A DNA stretch of 63,930 nucleotides, the filler included, from Actinomycetota bacterium (GTDB lineage Bacteria > Actinomycetota > CADDZG01 > JAHWKV01 > JAOPZY01), in the NCBI GenBank assembly GCA_025963875.1. It is 7 parts of 7 records of this genome, joined end to end, with 100 filler letters (N's around TTAATTAATTAA, not from the genome) between each part and the next. Parts side by side here need not be neighbours in the genome. Positions count along the whole stretch, not along the records: positions 51,068 to 63,930 come from JAOPZY010000153.1; 6 more parts are not named here. One strand, 5' to 3'. A program made the position numbers and the translations under genes. Below are positions 55,188 through 63,930 of the stretch, piece by piece; positions within the stretch are counted from its first letter, which is position 1; every line of letters starts with the position of its first letter. The notes under the pieces are model-generated. The model searched no databases, was not told the DNA's origin, and was given only the letters and a program-made list of their open reading frames with translations.

Positions 55188-56618
55188 TCAGCACGCGGCG
55201 ACCTCCAGGGCGCTCGTCGGCAGCGGCGTCGCAGGACCGGCCGGCAACAGCGGCGATGGTGCGGATGTGGGCACAGCGGTCACCTTTCCCTGTGCGTAGT
55301 CCTGGCCGAGGACCACGACGACGTCGCTGCCGGCATGGATCTGCGGCGGGAGCGGCTGGACCTGCGCCTCCCCGTAGACCTGGGCCACCAGGCTCGCCTT
55401 GTCCACGTTGCCCGGCGTGTAGTAGACGACCGTGGCGGCATAGTTGGTTGCATCCGCGCTGCCGGTGCCAGCGACAACATACCCGGCAGCCTGGAGCTCC
55501 GTCTGCGCCTGGGACGTGATGCTGGGCGTCGTCGTGCCGTTGAGGATGGTCGCCGTCACGCTGGAGGGGGTGATCGCGGAACCCTGCTTGCCGTAGTCCG
55601 GCAGCGTGGTCCCGCTCTTGATGGCGTCGAACAGCGCTGCGGACTGCCCGGCAAACGGGATCACGTACGCCACCCCGCCGAGGTACTGGGGTTGGGAGGG
55701 CACAACCCGGAAGTCCACGGTCTGCGGCGTGAAGTTGCGGAGCTGCAGGGCCAGCTTCTCGATGGTCCCCGCCCCGAGACCGACGTCGGTGGTGACGTTG
55801 CCGGCCCCCACGTTGACGAGGCTGACGACCTTCAGGGGGTTGAGGAGCGTGCCGGCGGAGAGGACCTGCTTCATCACCAGCTGGACGAAGAACTGCTGGC
55901 GGGCGATGCGGCCGTAGTCGCTGTCGACGTGGCGGGTCCTGACAAACGCCAGCGCCTGGTCGCCGCGGAGCGTGACACACCCGGCGGGCACGTTCAGACC
56001 CGAGTCCGGATCGTTGACCGCCTGCGAGAACCGCATCCGCACGCCGCCCAGGGTGTCGACGATGTTGCGGAAGCCCGTGAAGTTCACTTCCACGTAGTGG
56101 TCGATCGGCAGGCCGGTGAACGAGTTGACCGCCTGCACCATGGCCGCCGGGCCCTGGTTGTAGAAGCTGTTGATCTTGACGAACTGGCCGTCGGGCGCCT
56201 TGACCCTCAGGTCACGCGGGAGGTTGACGAGGATGGCCTTCGAGGACTTGAAATCGACGTGGAGCAGGGCGATGGTGTCGGCCCGCTGGCTCTGGGCGCT
56301 GTCGCCGGGCCGGCGGTCCGAGCCGAGGACAAGGACGTTCATCGGGCCCGTCGCGCCGTCGGTCGACCGGCAGGCCGCGCAGGCTACGACGTGGTGCCGT
56401 CCGAGCCGGAATCGGGCATAACCGACAAGGCCACCGACACTCAGGACGACAACGAGCATAAGGATGCCCGCGTACTTCAGGGCCCTCCGCAGCCTCCGCC
56501 TTTGCTGAGGGCCGGGAGCAGAAGGTGCCTCGGGTACGTCGTGCGCTATGTCGGGGGCGGGCGCGAGCAGCTCCTCGCCCCCAGGGACCTCGGTCCCTGT
56601 CGGGGCATTCCCGCTCAT
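55188..56618 (-). CDS. LCP family protein with LytR_C domain (tandem paralogue)
   Basis: Same motifs as the neighbouring LCP; SD GGAG..ATG absent but clear TM and domain order. Confidence 0.93.
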   Translation of the reverse strand: MSGNAPTGTEVPGGEELLAPAPDIAHDVPEAPSAPGPQQRRRLRRALKYAGILMLVVVLSVGGLVGYARFRLGRHHVVACAACRSTDGATGPMNVLVLGSDRRPGDSAQSQRADTIALLHVDFKSSKAILVNLPRDLRVKAPDGQFVKINSFYNQGPAAMVQAVNSFTGLPIDHYVEVNFTGFRNIVDTLGGVRMRFSQAVNDPDSGLNVPAGCVTLRGDQALAFVRTRHVDSDYGRIARQQFFVQLVMKQVLSAGTLLNPLKVVSLVNVGAGNVTTDVGLGAGTIEKLALQLRNFTPQTVDFRVVPSQPQYLGGVAYVIPFAGQSAALFDAIKSGTTLPDYGKQGSAITPSSVTATILNGTTTPSITSQAQTELQAAGYVVAGTGSADATNYAATVVYYTPGNVDKASLVAQVYGEAQVQPLPPQIHAGSDVVVVLGQDYAQGKVTAVPTSAPSPLLPAGPATPLPTSALEVAAC

Positions 56619-56731
56619 GGAGGGAAAGTATCTCGCATCGTGCGTGCCGCGTGCGTAATTTCACAGCTGGCGTTATTCGGGCATTCTCCGCCCGGAGCCT
56701 ATCGGGAGCCTATCGGGGGGCTATTCAGGGC

Positions 56732-57871
56732 CTATTCGGGGGCTTCTTCGGAAGCCCTTTCGTAGGCGCCGAGGGTGAGCCGGGCGGTCTCGGCCCAGTC
56801 GTAGCCAGCCGCGCGGGCATGGCCCGCCGCCACCGCCCGGGCGCGCAGGCCGTCGTCGGTGACCGCGGCCCGGATGGCCGCGGCGATCGACTCGACATCG
56901 AGGGGGTCGCACCAGACGGGGGCGTCGCCGAGCACCTCGGGCAGGGCTCCCGCCCGGGCGGCGACCACCGGCACCCCTGCGGCCATGGCCTCGAGCGGCG
57001 GCAGCCCGAACCCCTCGTAGAGGGAGGGAAAGACGAAGACCCGGGCCCCCGCGAGCAGGGCTGCCAGGTCCTCGTCACCGAGGTAGCCGGGGAACTCGAC
57101 CCGCCCGGCGATGCCGAGCTCGACGGTTCGGGCCCGGAGATCCCCGCTTCCCCAGCCGGCGGGGCCGGCGACGACGAGGTCGAGGTCGAGGTCGCCGACC
57201 TGGGCGAACGCCCGGAGCAGGCGGTCGAGGTTCTTGCGGGGCTCCCGGGTCCCGGTGAAGAGGAGGTAGCCCCGCCGGTCCGGCCCTGTCGCCGGGGCGC
57301 CGCTGCGCAGGGCACTTGGCCGGACGCCCTCGGGCGTGACCACGATGCGGTCACGGGGGAACGCCAGCTCGGAGCTCACCTGCTCCGCCACGGTCTCGGA
57401 GGGGGTCAGCACGACGGCGCAGCGCTTCAGCACCTGCGGCAGGATCCAGCGGTACCGCCGCACCTGCGGAGTGCAGAACTCCGGGTAGAGGAGGTAGGTG
57501 AGGTCGTGAACGGTCACGACGCCGTTGCGGCGGCGGAGCGGGGGGATCCAGAAGTTCGTGCCGTGCACGGCGCCGGCCCGGCCGAACAGCACGTCGCCCC
57601 TCGGGTACCGGGCGAGCTCCCAGGCCCCCACGACCAGGCGGGCCGGGATCGGCACCCTCCGCAGGGTCGCCCGTCCGTTCCCGCCCGAGGCGCCCCTCAA
57701 GGCGCCGGATAAACCCAGAATCGTGGCCGGTGCCGGCTGGCGCCCGACGGCGAACATGGCGACCTCGAGCTCGGGGTCCGCGGCCAGCATGGCGTCGAGC
57801 AGGGCGGCTGCGTAGTGGCCGACGCCCGTGCGGGGGTTCAGCAGGGGTGCGGCGTCGTAGGCGATCCTCAC
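56732..57871 (-). CDS. Glycosyltransferase family 4
   Basis: TGVGHY, TVHDL, EPRKN, EGFGLPPLEAMA. Confidence 0.94.
   Translation of the reverse strand: MRIAYDAAPLLNPRTGVGHYAAALLDAMLAADPELEVAMFAVGRQPAPATILGLSGALRGASGGNGRATLRRVPIPARLVVGAWELARYPRGDVLFGRAGAVHGTNFWIPPLRRRNGVVTVHDLTYLLYPEFCTPQVRRYRWILPQVLKRCAVVLTPSETVAEQVSSELAFPRDRIVVTPEGVRPSALRSGAPATGPDRRGYLLFTGTREPRKNLDRLLRAFAQVGDLDLDLVVAGPAGWGSGDLRARTVELGIAGRVEFPGYLGDEDLAALLAGARVFVFPSLYEGFGLPPLEAMAAGVPVVAARAGALPEVLGDAPVWCDPLDVESIAAAIRAAVTDDGLRARAVAAGHARAAGYDWAETARLTLGAYERASEEAPE
57684..57713 (+). repeat. 30-nt dispersed REP-like element, copy 4, in-frame within the GT4 CDS
   Basis: CCCGAGGCGCCCCTCAAGGCGCCGGATAAA; minus strand reads LSGALRGASG. 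Confidence 0.9.
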
Positions 57872-57893
57872 CGGAGAAGTATCCTCATTCGCC

Positions 57894-58997
57894 ATGCGCA
57901 TCGGGGTGAACCTGCTCTTCCTCGAACCCGGTGAGGTCGGGGGCTCGGAGGCACTGCTCACCAACCTCGTCCGCGCCATGGGGGCGTGCGGCCACGACCT
58001 CGTGGTGGTGGCGATGCAGGGCTTCCGGGCGGCACACCCCGACATCGAGACCATCGCCGAGGTCGTCGAGGCCCCCTGGAGCTCCAACCTGCGTCCCTTG
58101 AGGATCGCAGCCGAACACACCTGGCTGGCGCTGATGGCCCGCCGGCGTCACCTCGACGTGGTCCACCACGGCGTCGGCACCGCACCCTTCGTGAAGGTGC
58201 TCCCCACGGTGGTGACCATCCACGACATCCAGTACCGCCACTATCCCGAGTACTTCCATCCCCTGAAGCTGGCGTGGCTGCGGACCAACGTGCCGTACGT
58301 CGTCCACCACTCCGAGGTCATCACGGTCCCCTCGCACTACGTCCGGGAGGACGTGATGGCGGCCTTCGACGCCGACCCCGACAAGGTGGTGGTCGTCCCG
58401 TTCGGCAGCGAGGGCCTGCTGGCGCCGTCGGCCGGGGCGGATGCGGTGCGGGAGCGATACGGCCTGGAACGGCCGTTCTTCCTCTTCCCGGGGCGCAGCT
58501 ACCCGCACAAGAACCACCGGTTCCTGGTCGAGGCCTGGGCGCCGGTGGCGGCGCGGGCCGACCTCGTGTTCACCGGGCCCGACGGGCCTCGCGACACCGA
58601 CATCGGCGAGACCGCCGCCCGCCTCGGTGTGGCGAAGGGGCTGCGGCGACTGGGCCTGGTCTCCCGGGCAGACCTCGCCGGGCTCTACGAGTCGGCCGAG
58701 GCCCTGGCCTGGCCGTCGCGCTTCGAGGGCTTCGGTGCCCCGGTGCTGGAGGCCATGGGTGCCGGGTGCCCGGTCGTGGCCTCGGCGGCCACCGCCATCC
58801 CGGAGGTCGTCGGCGACGCCGGCCTCCTCCTCTCCCCCGACGACGCCGCGGGGTGGACGGCGGCCCTCGACCGCATCCTCACCGATCCCGCCCTGCGGGA
58901 GGACCTGGTGCGACGGGGGCGGGCACGGGCTGGCGAGTTCTCGTGGAAGCGCTCGGGATCGCTCCAGGTGGCCGCCTACGAGCAGGCGGTCGCCTGA
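57894..58997 (+). CDS. Glycosyltransferase family 4
   Basis: GGSE, TIHD, YPHKNH, EGFGAPVLEAM. Confidence 0.94.
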   Translation: MRIGVNLLFLEPGEVGGSEALLTNLVRAMGACGHDLVVVAMQGFRAAHPDIETIAEVVEAPWSSNLRPLRIAAEHTWLALMARRRHLDVVHHGVGTAPFVKVLPTVVTIHDIQYRHYPEYFHPLKLAWLRTNVPYVVHHSEVITVPSHYVREDVMAAFDADPDKVVVVPFGSEGLLAPSAGADAVRERYGLERPFFLFPGRSYPHKNHRFLVEAWAPVAARADLVFTGPDGPRDTDIGETAARLGVAKGLRRLGLVSRADLAGLYESAEALAWPSRFEGFGAPVLEAMGAGCPVVASAATAIPEVVGDAGLLLSPDDAAGWTAALDRILTDPALREDLVRRGRARAGEFSWKRSGSLQVAAYEQAVA

Positions 58998-59806
58998 TGC
59001 ACAACGCGGTCGCCATCGTGTTCGTCGCCACCGACGAGGCCCACGTCCTCATCCCGGCCCTCGAGTCGCTGGAGGCGAGCCCGCCCGAGCACCCCCTGCA
59101 GATCGTCGTCGTCGACAACGCCTCGACCGACGGCATGGCCGAGCGGGTCCGGGGCCGCTGGCCCCACATCCCGGTGCTCCCCCAGCCCTCCCGCCGGGGC
59201 CTGCCGGCCAATCTGAACAGCGGGATCCGGGCGACCTCCGCGCCCTTCGTCATGCTGTGCAACCCCGACCTGGAATTCCCGGCGGGGGCGGTGGACACGC
59301 TGGCCTCCTTCCTGGAGGGCCACCCCCGTGCCGGGATGGCGGCGCCGAAGCTGGTGTCCCCCGAGGGTGACCGCAGGCCGTCGGCGCGCCGCTGGTACAC
59401 GCTGGAGTCGCTGGTCGCGCTGAAGCTGGCGTGGCGGGAAGGTGCCCCACCCCCTTCGGTGGCACGCAGCGTCTACGAGGACTGGGACTACGTCGATCCC
59501 CGCCCGGTCGACTGGGTCCCCTGCCCGGCGACGATGGTGCGCCGCACCGCCCTGGGCGAGGTGGGGCTCATGGACGAGCGGTTCCGCCTCTACTTCGACG
59601 ACGTCGACCTCTCGCTCAGGATGCACCTCGGGGGCTGGGAGGTGTGGTGCGTGCCGGGGGCCGAGATCGTGCACTGCGAGCAGCGGGCCAGCCGCTCGGT
59701 CCTGTCCCCCGCGTGGCGCTGGCACCTGTTCTCGATGTGCAAGTTCGCCTGGAAGCACAGGGGATTCGGCCCGCCCGGGGGAACGCCGCAGGTACGCCGG
59801 GGCTGA
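58997..59806 (+). CDS. Glycosyltransferase family 2 (WbbL/rhamnosyltransferase-like)
   Basis: VVDNASTDG, NPD, DERFRLYFDDVD; TGATG coupling. Confidence 0.92.
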   Translation: MHNAVAIVFVATDEAHVLIPALESLEASPPEHPLQIVVVDNASTDGMAERVRGRWPHIPVLPQPSRRGLPANLNSGIRATSAPFVMLCNPDLEFPAGAVDTLASFLEGHPRAGMAAPKLVSPEGDRRPSARRWYTLESLVALKLAWREGAPPPSVARSVYEDWDYVDPRPVDWVPCPATMVRRTALGEVGLMDERFRLYFDDVDLSLRMHLGGWEVWCVPGAEIVHCEQRASRSVLSPAWRWHLFSMCKFAWKHRGFGPPGGTPQVRRG

Positions 59807-59810
59807 CCTT

Positions 59811-59939
59811 TTGCGCTCGTTGCGGACCATCGCCGTCGACTGGTCGGGCCGAAAGCAGGGTGCCGCCCGGCACATCTGGGCGACGGAGGTGGCGGCCGGG
59901 GAGCTGATCTCTCTGCTGGCCCCGAGCCGAGCGAGGTAG
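59811..59939 (+). pseudogene. Truncated N-terminus of an IAVDWSG-motif (RNase H-like/DUF429-type) protein
   Basis: LRTIAVDWSGRKQGAARHIWATEV.., ends at a TAG supplied by the palindromic element. Confidence 0.5.
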
Positions 59940-59980
59940 GGAGAAAATCCCGCGCCCACGCGGGATTTCTTACCAACCTC
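59933..59980. repeat. 48-bp GAGGT...ACCTC palindromic element
   Basis: GAGGT..AAATCCCGCG-CCCA-CGCGGGATTT..ACCTC. Confidence 0.8.
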
Positions 59981-60076
59981 CCGCTAGCGCCACCGGGTTG
60001 CCTCCCGACGGGTGGCTGCAAATGAGCATGCCCGGCAGAAGACCGGTCACTTTCCACCGATGTATACTGCTGATGT

Positions 60077-60334
60077 ATGCGGCGGACCCAGATCTACCTT
60101 ACCGAGGAACAGGATCGGCTCCTGTCGGAGCGGGCGCGTGACCAGGGCCTCTCGAAGGCGGAGGTAATCCGCCGGCTCTTGGACGAGCGCCTCGGCAATG
60201 GACCGAACCACGAGAGGGCGGAGGCCATCCGTAACACCGCCGGCCTGCTCGCTGACTATCCGGACTGGCCCGAATGGCTTGCCTCGGTGCGGGGCGTACC
60301 GGCTGAGGAGCGACTCCGCAGCCTTGGCCTTTAA
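60077..60334 (+). CDS. vapB: RHH/CopG antitoxin
   Basis: MRRTQIYLTEEQ..SKAEVIRR; TATACT 8 nt upstream, GATGTAT direct repeats. Confidence 0.9.
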   Translation: MRRTQIYLTEEQDRLLSERARDQGLSKAEVIRRLLDERLGNGPNHERAEAIRNTAGLLADYPDWPEWLASVRGVPAEERLRSLGL

Positions 60335-60356
60335 CGGAGGCCTTTAACAGAGGCCT

Positions 60357-60722
60357 TTGAACCACCTCTTCGACTCGACCATCCTCATTGCCCACCTCCG
60401 CGGCGATGAGCGGGCCACAGCCCTCCTCGAAGACGGGGAGCCGTTCGCCAGCGTGGTGTCGAGGGCGGAGATCGAAGGAGGCATGCGGACCGGAGAGCGG
60501 AGGGCCGTCGCCCGGCTGTTCGACGCCCTGGTACTCCTCCCGGTGACAGACTCGGTTGCCAGAAGCGCGGGGGCCATGCTTCGCACCTTCCGCCGGTCGC
60601 ATCCAGGCATCGACATCGCCGACTACCTGATCGCCGCCACGGCCGACGTGGGCGGGCTGGGCCTGGTCACCCTGAACATCAAACACTTCCCCATGATGAG
60701 CGGCGTGCGACCACCGTTCTAA
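60357..60722 (+). CDS. vapC: VapC PIN-domain toxin
   Basis: DSTILI, AEI, DYLIAATA, TLNIKHFP. Confidence 0.93.
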   Translation: MNHLFDSTILIAHLRGDERATALLEDGEPFASVVSRAEIEGGMRTGERRAVARLFDALVLLPVTDSVARSAGAMLRTFRRSHPGIDIADYLIAATADVGGLGLVTLNIKHFPMMSGVRPPF

Positions 60723-60824
60723 TCCCGTTCTGGTTCCCCGGCCGCCGGGTCCTCAAGCCAATTCGCCGGGTTGCCGATGTTGAAGAAGCTTGTAGGAAAA
60801 AAAACAACCCGGGGGGGAAAACGA

Positions 60825-63455
60825 GTGGCGCGCGCAAAGAGCGGTGCCGGGCCGCGGGCCCGGATGCTCGTGGTACTCGCAATGGTGTCTGGTTCGTTGA
60901 TTATGCGAGGAATAGTCCCGCAACCGGCGGGGGCTCTGGCGGGTCCGGGGGCCGCCATCACCGAGTTCCCGGTCAACATCTTCGGGAGCGATCCGCTCGG
61001 CATCGCCGCAGGCCCCGACGGCAACCTGTGGATCGCCGACTCCAACGACAACCCGCAGTTTGTGAATCCGCCCTCCCCAGATGTCAACGACCACCGCAAG
61101 GTCGAGAAGATGAGCACGAGCGGCGTTGTGGTCGCCGGCTACTCGGTGATCGCGGGAGGTTGCTGCGCCGATCCGTCCAGCATGGCGGTCGGGCCCGACG
61201 GCGCCATGTGGTTCACCGAGAGTACGAGCGGAGCAAATTCCATCGGCAGGGTGACCACCGGTGGCATCGTCTCCGAGTTCAGTGGGCTGAGCGCTGCCAG
61301 CCAGCCGACTGCGATCACCAGCGCCGGCGGGGCTCTCTGGTTCACCGAGTCCCACGCCGGGGGCAAAATCGGCAGGATCACCACCGGCGGGTCGGTGAGC
61401 GAGTACCCGGTGACCTTGACCGGCGTCACGAGCACCGCCTTCGTCCCCTACGGCATCACGACGGGTCCGGACGGCAACCTCTGGTTCACGCTCCAGAGTT
61501 CCGACACGACACCCACCTACGTCGGGGTCATGGGCACCAACGGGGCGATGCTGGCCCAGATCAGGGTTTCCAACACCGGCGTAGGCCTGGCGGGCATCAC
61601 GCCGGACGCCGCCAACAATGCGGTCTGGTTCACCGAGCAGTCAGGCCATGCGATCGGGAAGATCGACGTCACCACGAAGGCGATCACCACCGTGGTGGGC
61701 GACGGCCTCGGAGGACCCACCTCGATCGCGAAGGGGCCCGACGGGTTCCTGTACTTCGTCGAGACCCTGAACAGCAGCATCGGCCGCTTCGACCCGGCGA
61801 GCCCGCCCGCCTCCGTTTCGACGCACTTTCTCACCCCGACAAGTGGGGCCTTCTCGTCCGGTGCCCCGCCGACGGGCATCACGGTCGGCCCGGACGGCAA
61901 CATCTGGTTCACGGAGAATTCCCCCAAGGTGGAGGGGCAGTCGCCCTCCAGAATCCACGCCGTCGGACGGCTCGTCCTGCCCGCCACCGTGGCCTTCGGG
62001 GGCCTGAACGACTTCGGCACGGCCGCGGTGAATACAAACGGATCGGCACAGCACCTGGCGGCCACATCGATGGGGGCAGCCGACCTCGTCTTCAGCGGCG
62101 CCGGCGGGGGGTTCACACTGACGGGACCGAACGCCGGAGACTTCTCGATCTCGGCCAACGGCTGTGCCTCGGCCAGGCTGCAGAACGCCGATCCCGCGAG
62201 CCCCACGTGCTCGCTCGACGTCACGTTCCGGCCGAGCGCCGCCGGCGCCCGGACGGCCACGCTTCACGTGACGTCCAACGCCGCCGCCGGGGCCGTCGAC
62301 ATCCCGCTGGCCGGTACCGGGTTCGGTTCGTCCGGCGCGGCCAGCCTGAACACCGCCAGCATCGCCTTCGGCCCCCAGACACCCAACACAACGAGCGGCC
62401 CCCAAACCGTCACCCTCACCAACCCCGCCGGGACGCCATTGAGCGTGTCCGCTGTCTCCGTTGGCGGCGCCAACCCCGGTGACTTCACCAAGATCGCCGA
62501 CACGTGCAGCGGAGCGACGGTCGCCGCGGGGGGCGGCACCTGCAGCGTGTGGTTGACGTTCACCCCCACCAGCCCGGGTGCGCGGTCGGCCACGCTGACC
62601 TTCAACGACTCGGCCCCCGAGGGCCACCAGGACGTGGCGCTGACCGGCACGGGCCAGCCCGCTCCGGCGACGCCGCCTCCTCCTGCACCACCCGCGGGCG
62701 GCTACTGGTTGTCGGCCACCGACGGGGGCATCTTCAACTTCGGGAATGCCGGGTTCTTCGGTTCCACGGGGGCCATCAAGCTGAACAAGCCCATCGTGGG
62801 CATGGCGGCGACGCCGAGCGGGCGGGGGTACTGGCTCGTGGCCTCGGACGGGGGGATCTTCACGTTCGGAGACGCTACCTTCTTCGGCTCCACCGGGGCC
62901 ATCAGGCTCAACAGCCCCATCGTCGGCATGGCGGCGACGCCGAGCGGGCAGGGGTACTGGCTGGTTGCGACCGACGGTGGGATCTTCAACTTCGGCGATG
63001 CTCCGTTCGCAGGGTCCACCGGGGCCATCAAGCTGAACAAGCCCATCGTGGCGATGGCGTCCACGAAGTCCGGCGCGGGGTACTGGCTCAGCGCCTCCGA
63101 CGGCGGGATCTTCAACTTCGGCGATGCTCCGTTCGCAGGGTCCACCGGGTCCATCAACCTCAACAAGCCCATCGTGGCAATGGCCGCGGCCCCCGGCGGC
63201 GGCTACTGGCTCGTGGCGACCGACGGTGGGATCTTCAACTTCGGGACCGCCGGCTTCTTGGGCTCGACAGGGGCCATCCACCTCAACAGCCCCATTGTCG
63301 GTATGGCGGCCACGGGGGACGGCGCTGGCTACTGGCTCGTCGCAGCCGACGGTGGGATCTTCAACTTCGGGACCGCCGGCTTCTTCGGCTCGACGGGGGC
63401 CATCCACCTCAATAAACCGATCGTCGTCATGGCCAGTACGCCTTCGCAGCCCTAG
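60825..63455 (+). CDS. Secreted multidomain surface protein: Vgb-like beta-propeller, 2 Ig-like (ASH-type) domains, 6 [12 protein letters not shown] repeats
   Basis: Signal-like N-terminus; repeated GPDGNLWFT; CS..VTF.P...GAR.ATL x2; six ~42-aa C-terminal repeats. Confidence 0.9.
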   Translation: MARAKSGAGPRARMLVVLAMVSGSLIMRGIVPQPAGALAGPGAAITEFPVNIFGSDPLGIAAGPDGNLWIADSNDNPQFVNPPSPDVNDHRKVEKMSTSGVVVAGYSVIAGGCCADPSSMAVGPDGAMWFTESTSGANSIGRVTTGGIVSEFSGLSAASQPTAITSAGGALWFTESHAGGKIGRITTGGSVSEYPVTLTGVTSTAFVPYGITTGPDGNLWFTLQSSDTTPTYVGVMGTNGAMLAQIRVSNTGVGLAGITPDAANNAVWFTEQSGHAIGKIDVTTKAITTVVGDGLGGPTSIAKGPDGFLYFVETLNSSIGRFDPASPPASVSTHFLTPTSGAFSSGAPPTGITVGPDGNIWFTENSPKVEGQSPSRIHAVGRLVLPATVAFGGLNDFGTAAVNTNGSAQHLAATSMGAADLVFSGAGGGFTLTGPNAGDFSISANGCASARLQNADPASPTCSLDVTFRPSAAGARTATLHVTSNAAAGAVDIPLAGTGFGSSGAASLNTASIAFGPQTPNTTSGPQTVTLTNPAGTPLSVSAVSVGGANPGDFTKIADTCSGATVAAGGGTCSVWLTFTPTSPGARSATLTFNDSAPEGHQDVALTGTGQPAPATPPPPAPPAGGYWLSATDGGIFNFGNAGFFGSTGAIKLNKPIVGMAATPSGRGYWLVASDGGIFTFGDATFFGSTGAIRLNSPIVGMAATPSGQGYWLVATDGGIFNFGDAPFAGSTGAIKLNKPIVAMASTKSGAGYWLSASDGGIFNFGDAPFAGSTGSINLNKPIVAMAAAPGGGYWLVATDGGIFNFGTAGFLGSTGAIHLNSPIVGMAATGDGAGYWLVAADGGIFNFGTAGFFGSTGAIHLNKPIVVMASTPSQP

Positions 63456-63526
63456 TAGGGAACGACTCCCCCTGGTAGAAGAGGTCCGCGACTCCTACAA
63501 TCCGGGGAGGACTGGGAGGGCAACCG

Positions 63527-63930
63527 ATGACCAGGCTGCGAAGGCTCACCAGGCCCCAGTGGGCCGTCCTGCTGGCGGTGATCGTTCTCGCCGCCGGTGG
63601 CATCACGGCGGCGGCCCTTGCTCTGGGCAGCCCGTCGAGACCGTCGGTCAGACTCCGGGTTACCAACCCCTCGCCGACGACACCTGCGCCCACAATGCCC
63701 GCCGCAGCAACGCCGTCCGCGACCCAGCCCGTGACTCCCGCCCCGTCCCCGCCGGCCACGGTCGTCACACCCCAGCCGCGCGTGTCCGGCGTCTTGCCCC
63801 GGGCCCCACTGCCGCCGGTCCATGTCGCCAGCCCCACCCCGTCGGTGCCGGGAGCCGTCGAACCGGCGAACTGCCCCATGAACATGAAATGCACGCTGCC
63901 CTGCCCCGACCCCGGGAGCTGCACGCCGGC
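63527..63930 (+). CDS. Membrane-anchored Pro/Thr-rich, Cys-containing protein (runs off window)
   Basis: SD GGGAGG; MTRLRRLTRPQWAVLLAVIVLAAGG..., open to the window end. Confidence 0.7.
   Translation, partial: MTRLRRLTRPQWAVLLAVIVLAAGGITAAALALGSPSRPSVRLRVTNPSPTTPAPTMPAAATPSATQPVTPAPSPPATVVTPQPRVSGVLPRAPLPPVHVASPTPSVPGAVEPANCPMNMKCTLPCPDPGSCTP

Noticed and set aside
56694..56756. Imperfect 11-12 nt tandem repeats (GGAGCCTATCG-like)
   Set aside because: Short, degenerate, at a gene end; likely slippage with no supportable function.
11701..57713. 30-nt repeat as a CRISPR direct repeat
   Set aside because: Copies are kilobases apart, with no spacer array and no cas genes.

Overview
The window is not one locus. 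It is seven contigs (1-4372, 4473-13324, 13425-26483, 26584-32839, 32940-44938, 45039-50967, 51068-63930) joined by artificial 100-nt N/TTAATTAATTAA linkers, so adjacency across linkers is meaningless. The DNA is high-GC actinobacterial, and the [18 protein letters not shown] surface proteins suggest an Acidimicrobiia-like MAG (inference). Ordinary content: tat/helY/lipid kinase, cysS, a tsaC-like gene, NDH-2, nfeD-SPFH, cholesterol oxidase, F420 LLM oxidoreductase, a glycosyltransferase/Mo-oxidoreductase/two-component cluster, LCP and glycosyltransferase genes, three VapBC modules and tRNA-Leu(CAA). Most notable: (1) two tandem, unannotated 56-58 aa peptides with a conserved acidic leader and hydrophobic core, directly followed by an M50 zinc protease with an RRE/PqqD-like N-terminus (candidate minimal RiPP-like system); (2) an HTH-LAGLIDADG-like gene with a perfect LexA box upstream of tRNA-Leu, with toxin-antitoxin debris beyond the tRNA; (3) a c-di-GMP-I riboswitch ahead of a small secreted protein and a SipW-type signal peptidase; (4) a TiaS-N-like gene with an XRE-PBP regulator and a membrane protein; (5) several families of dispersed 30-60 bp palindromic elements, some in-frame inside genes. 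All calls come from motif recognition by eye; no database searches were run.
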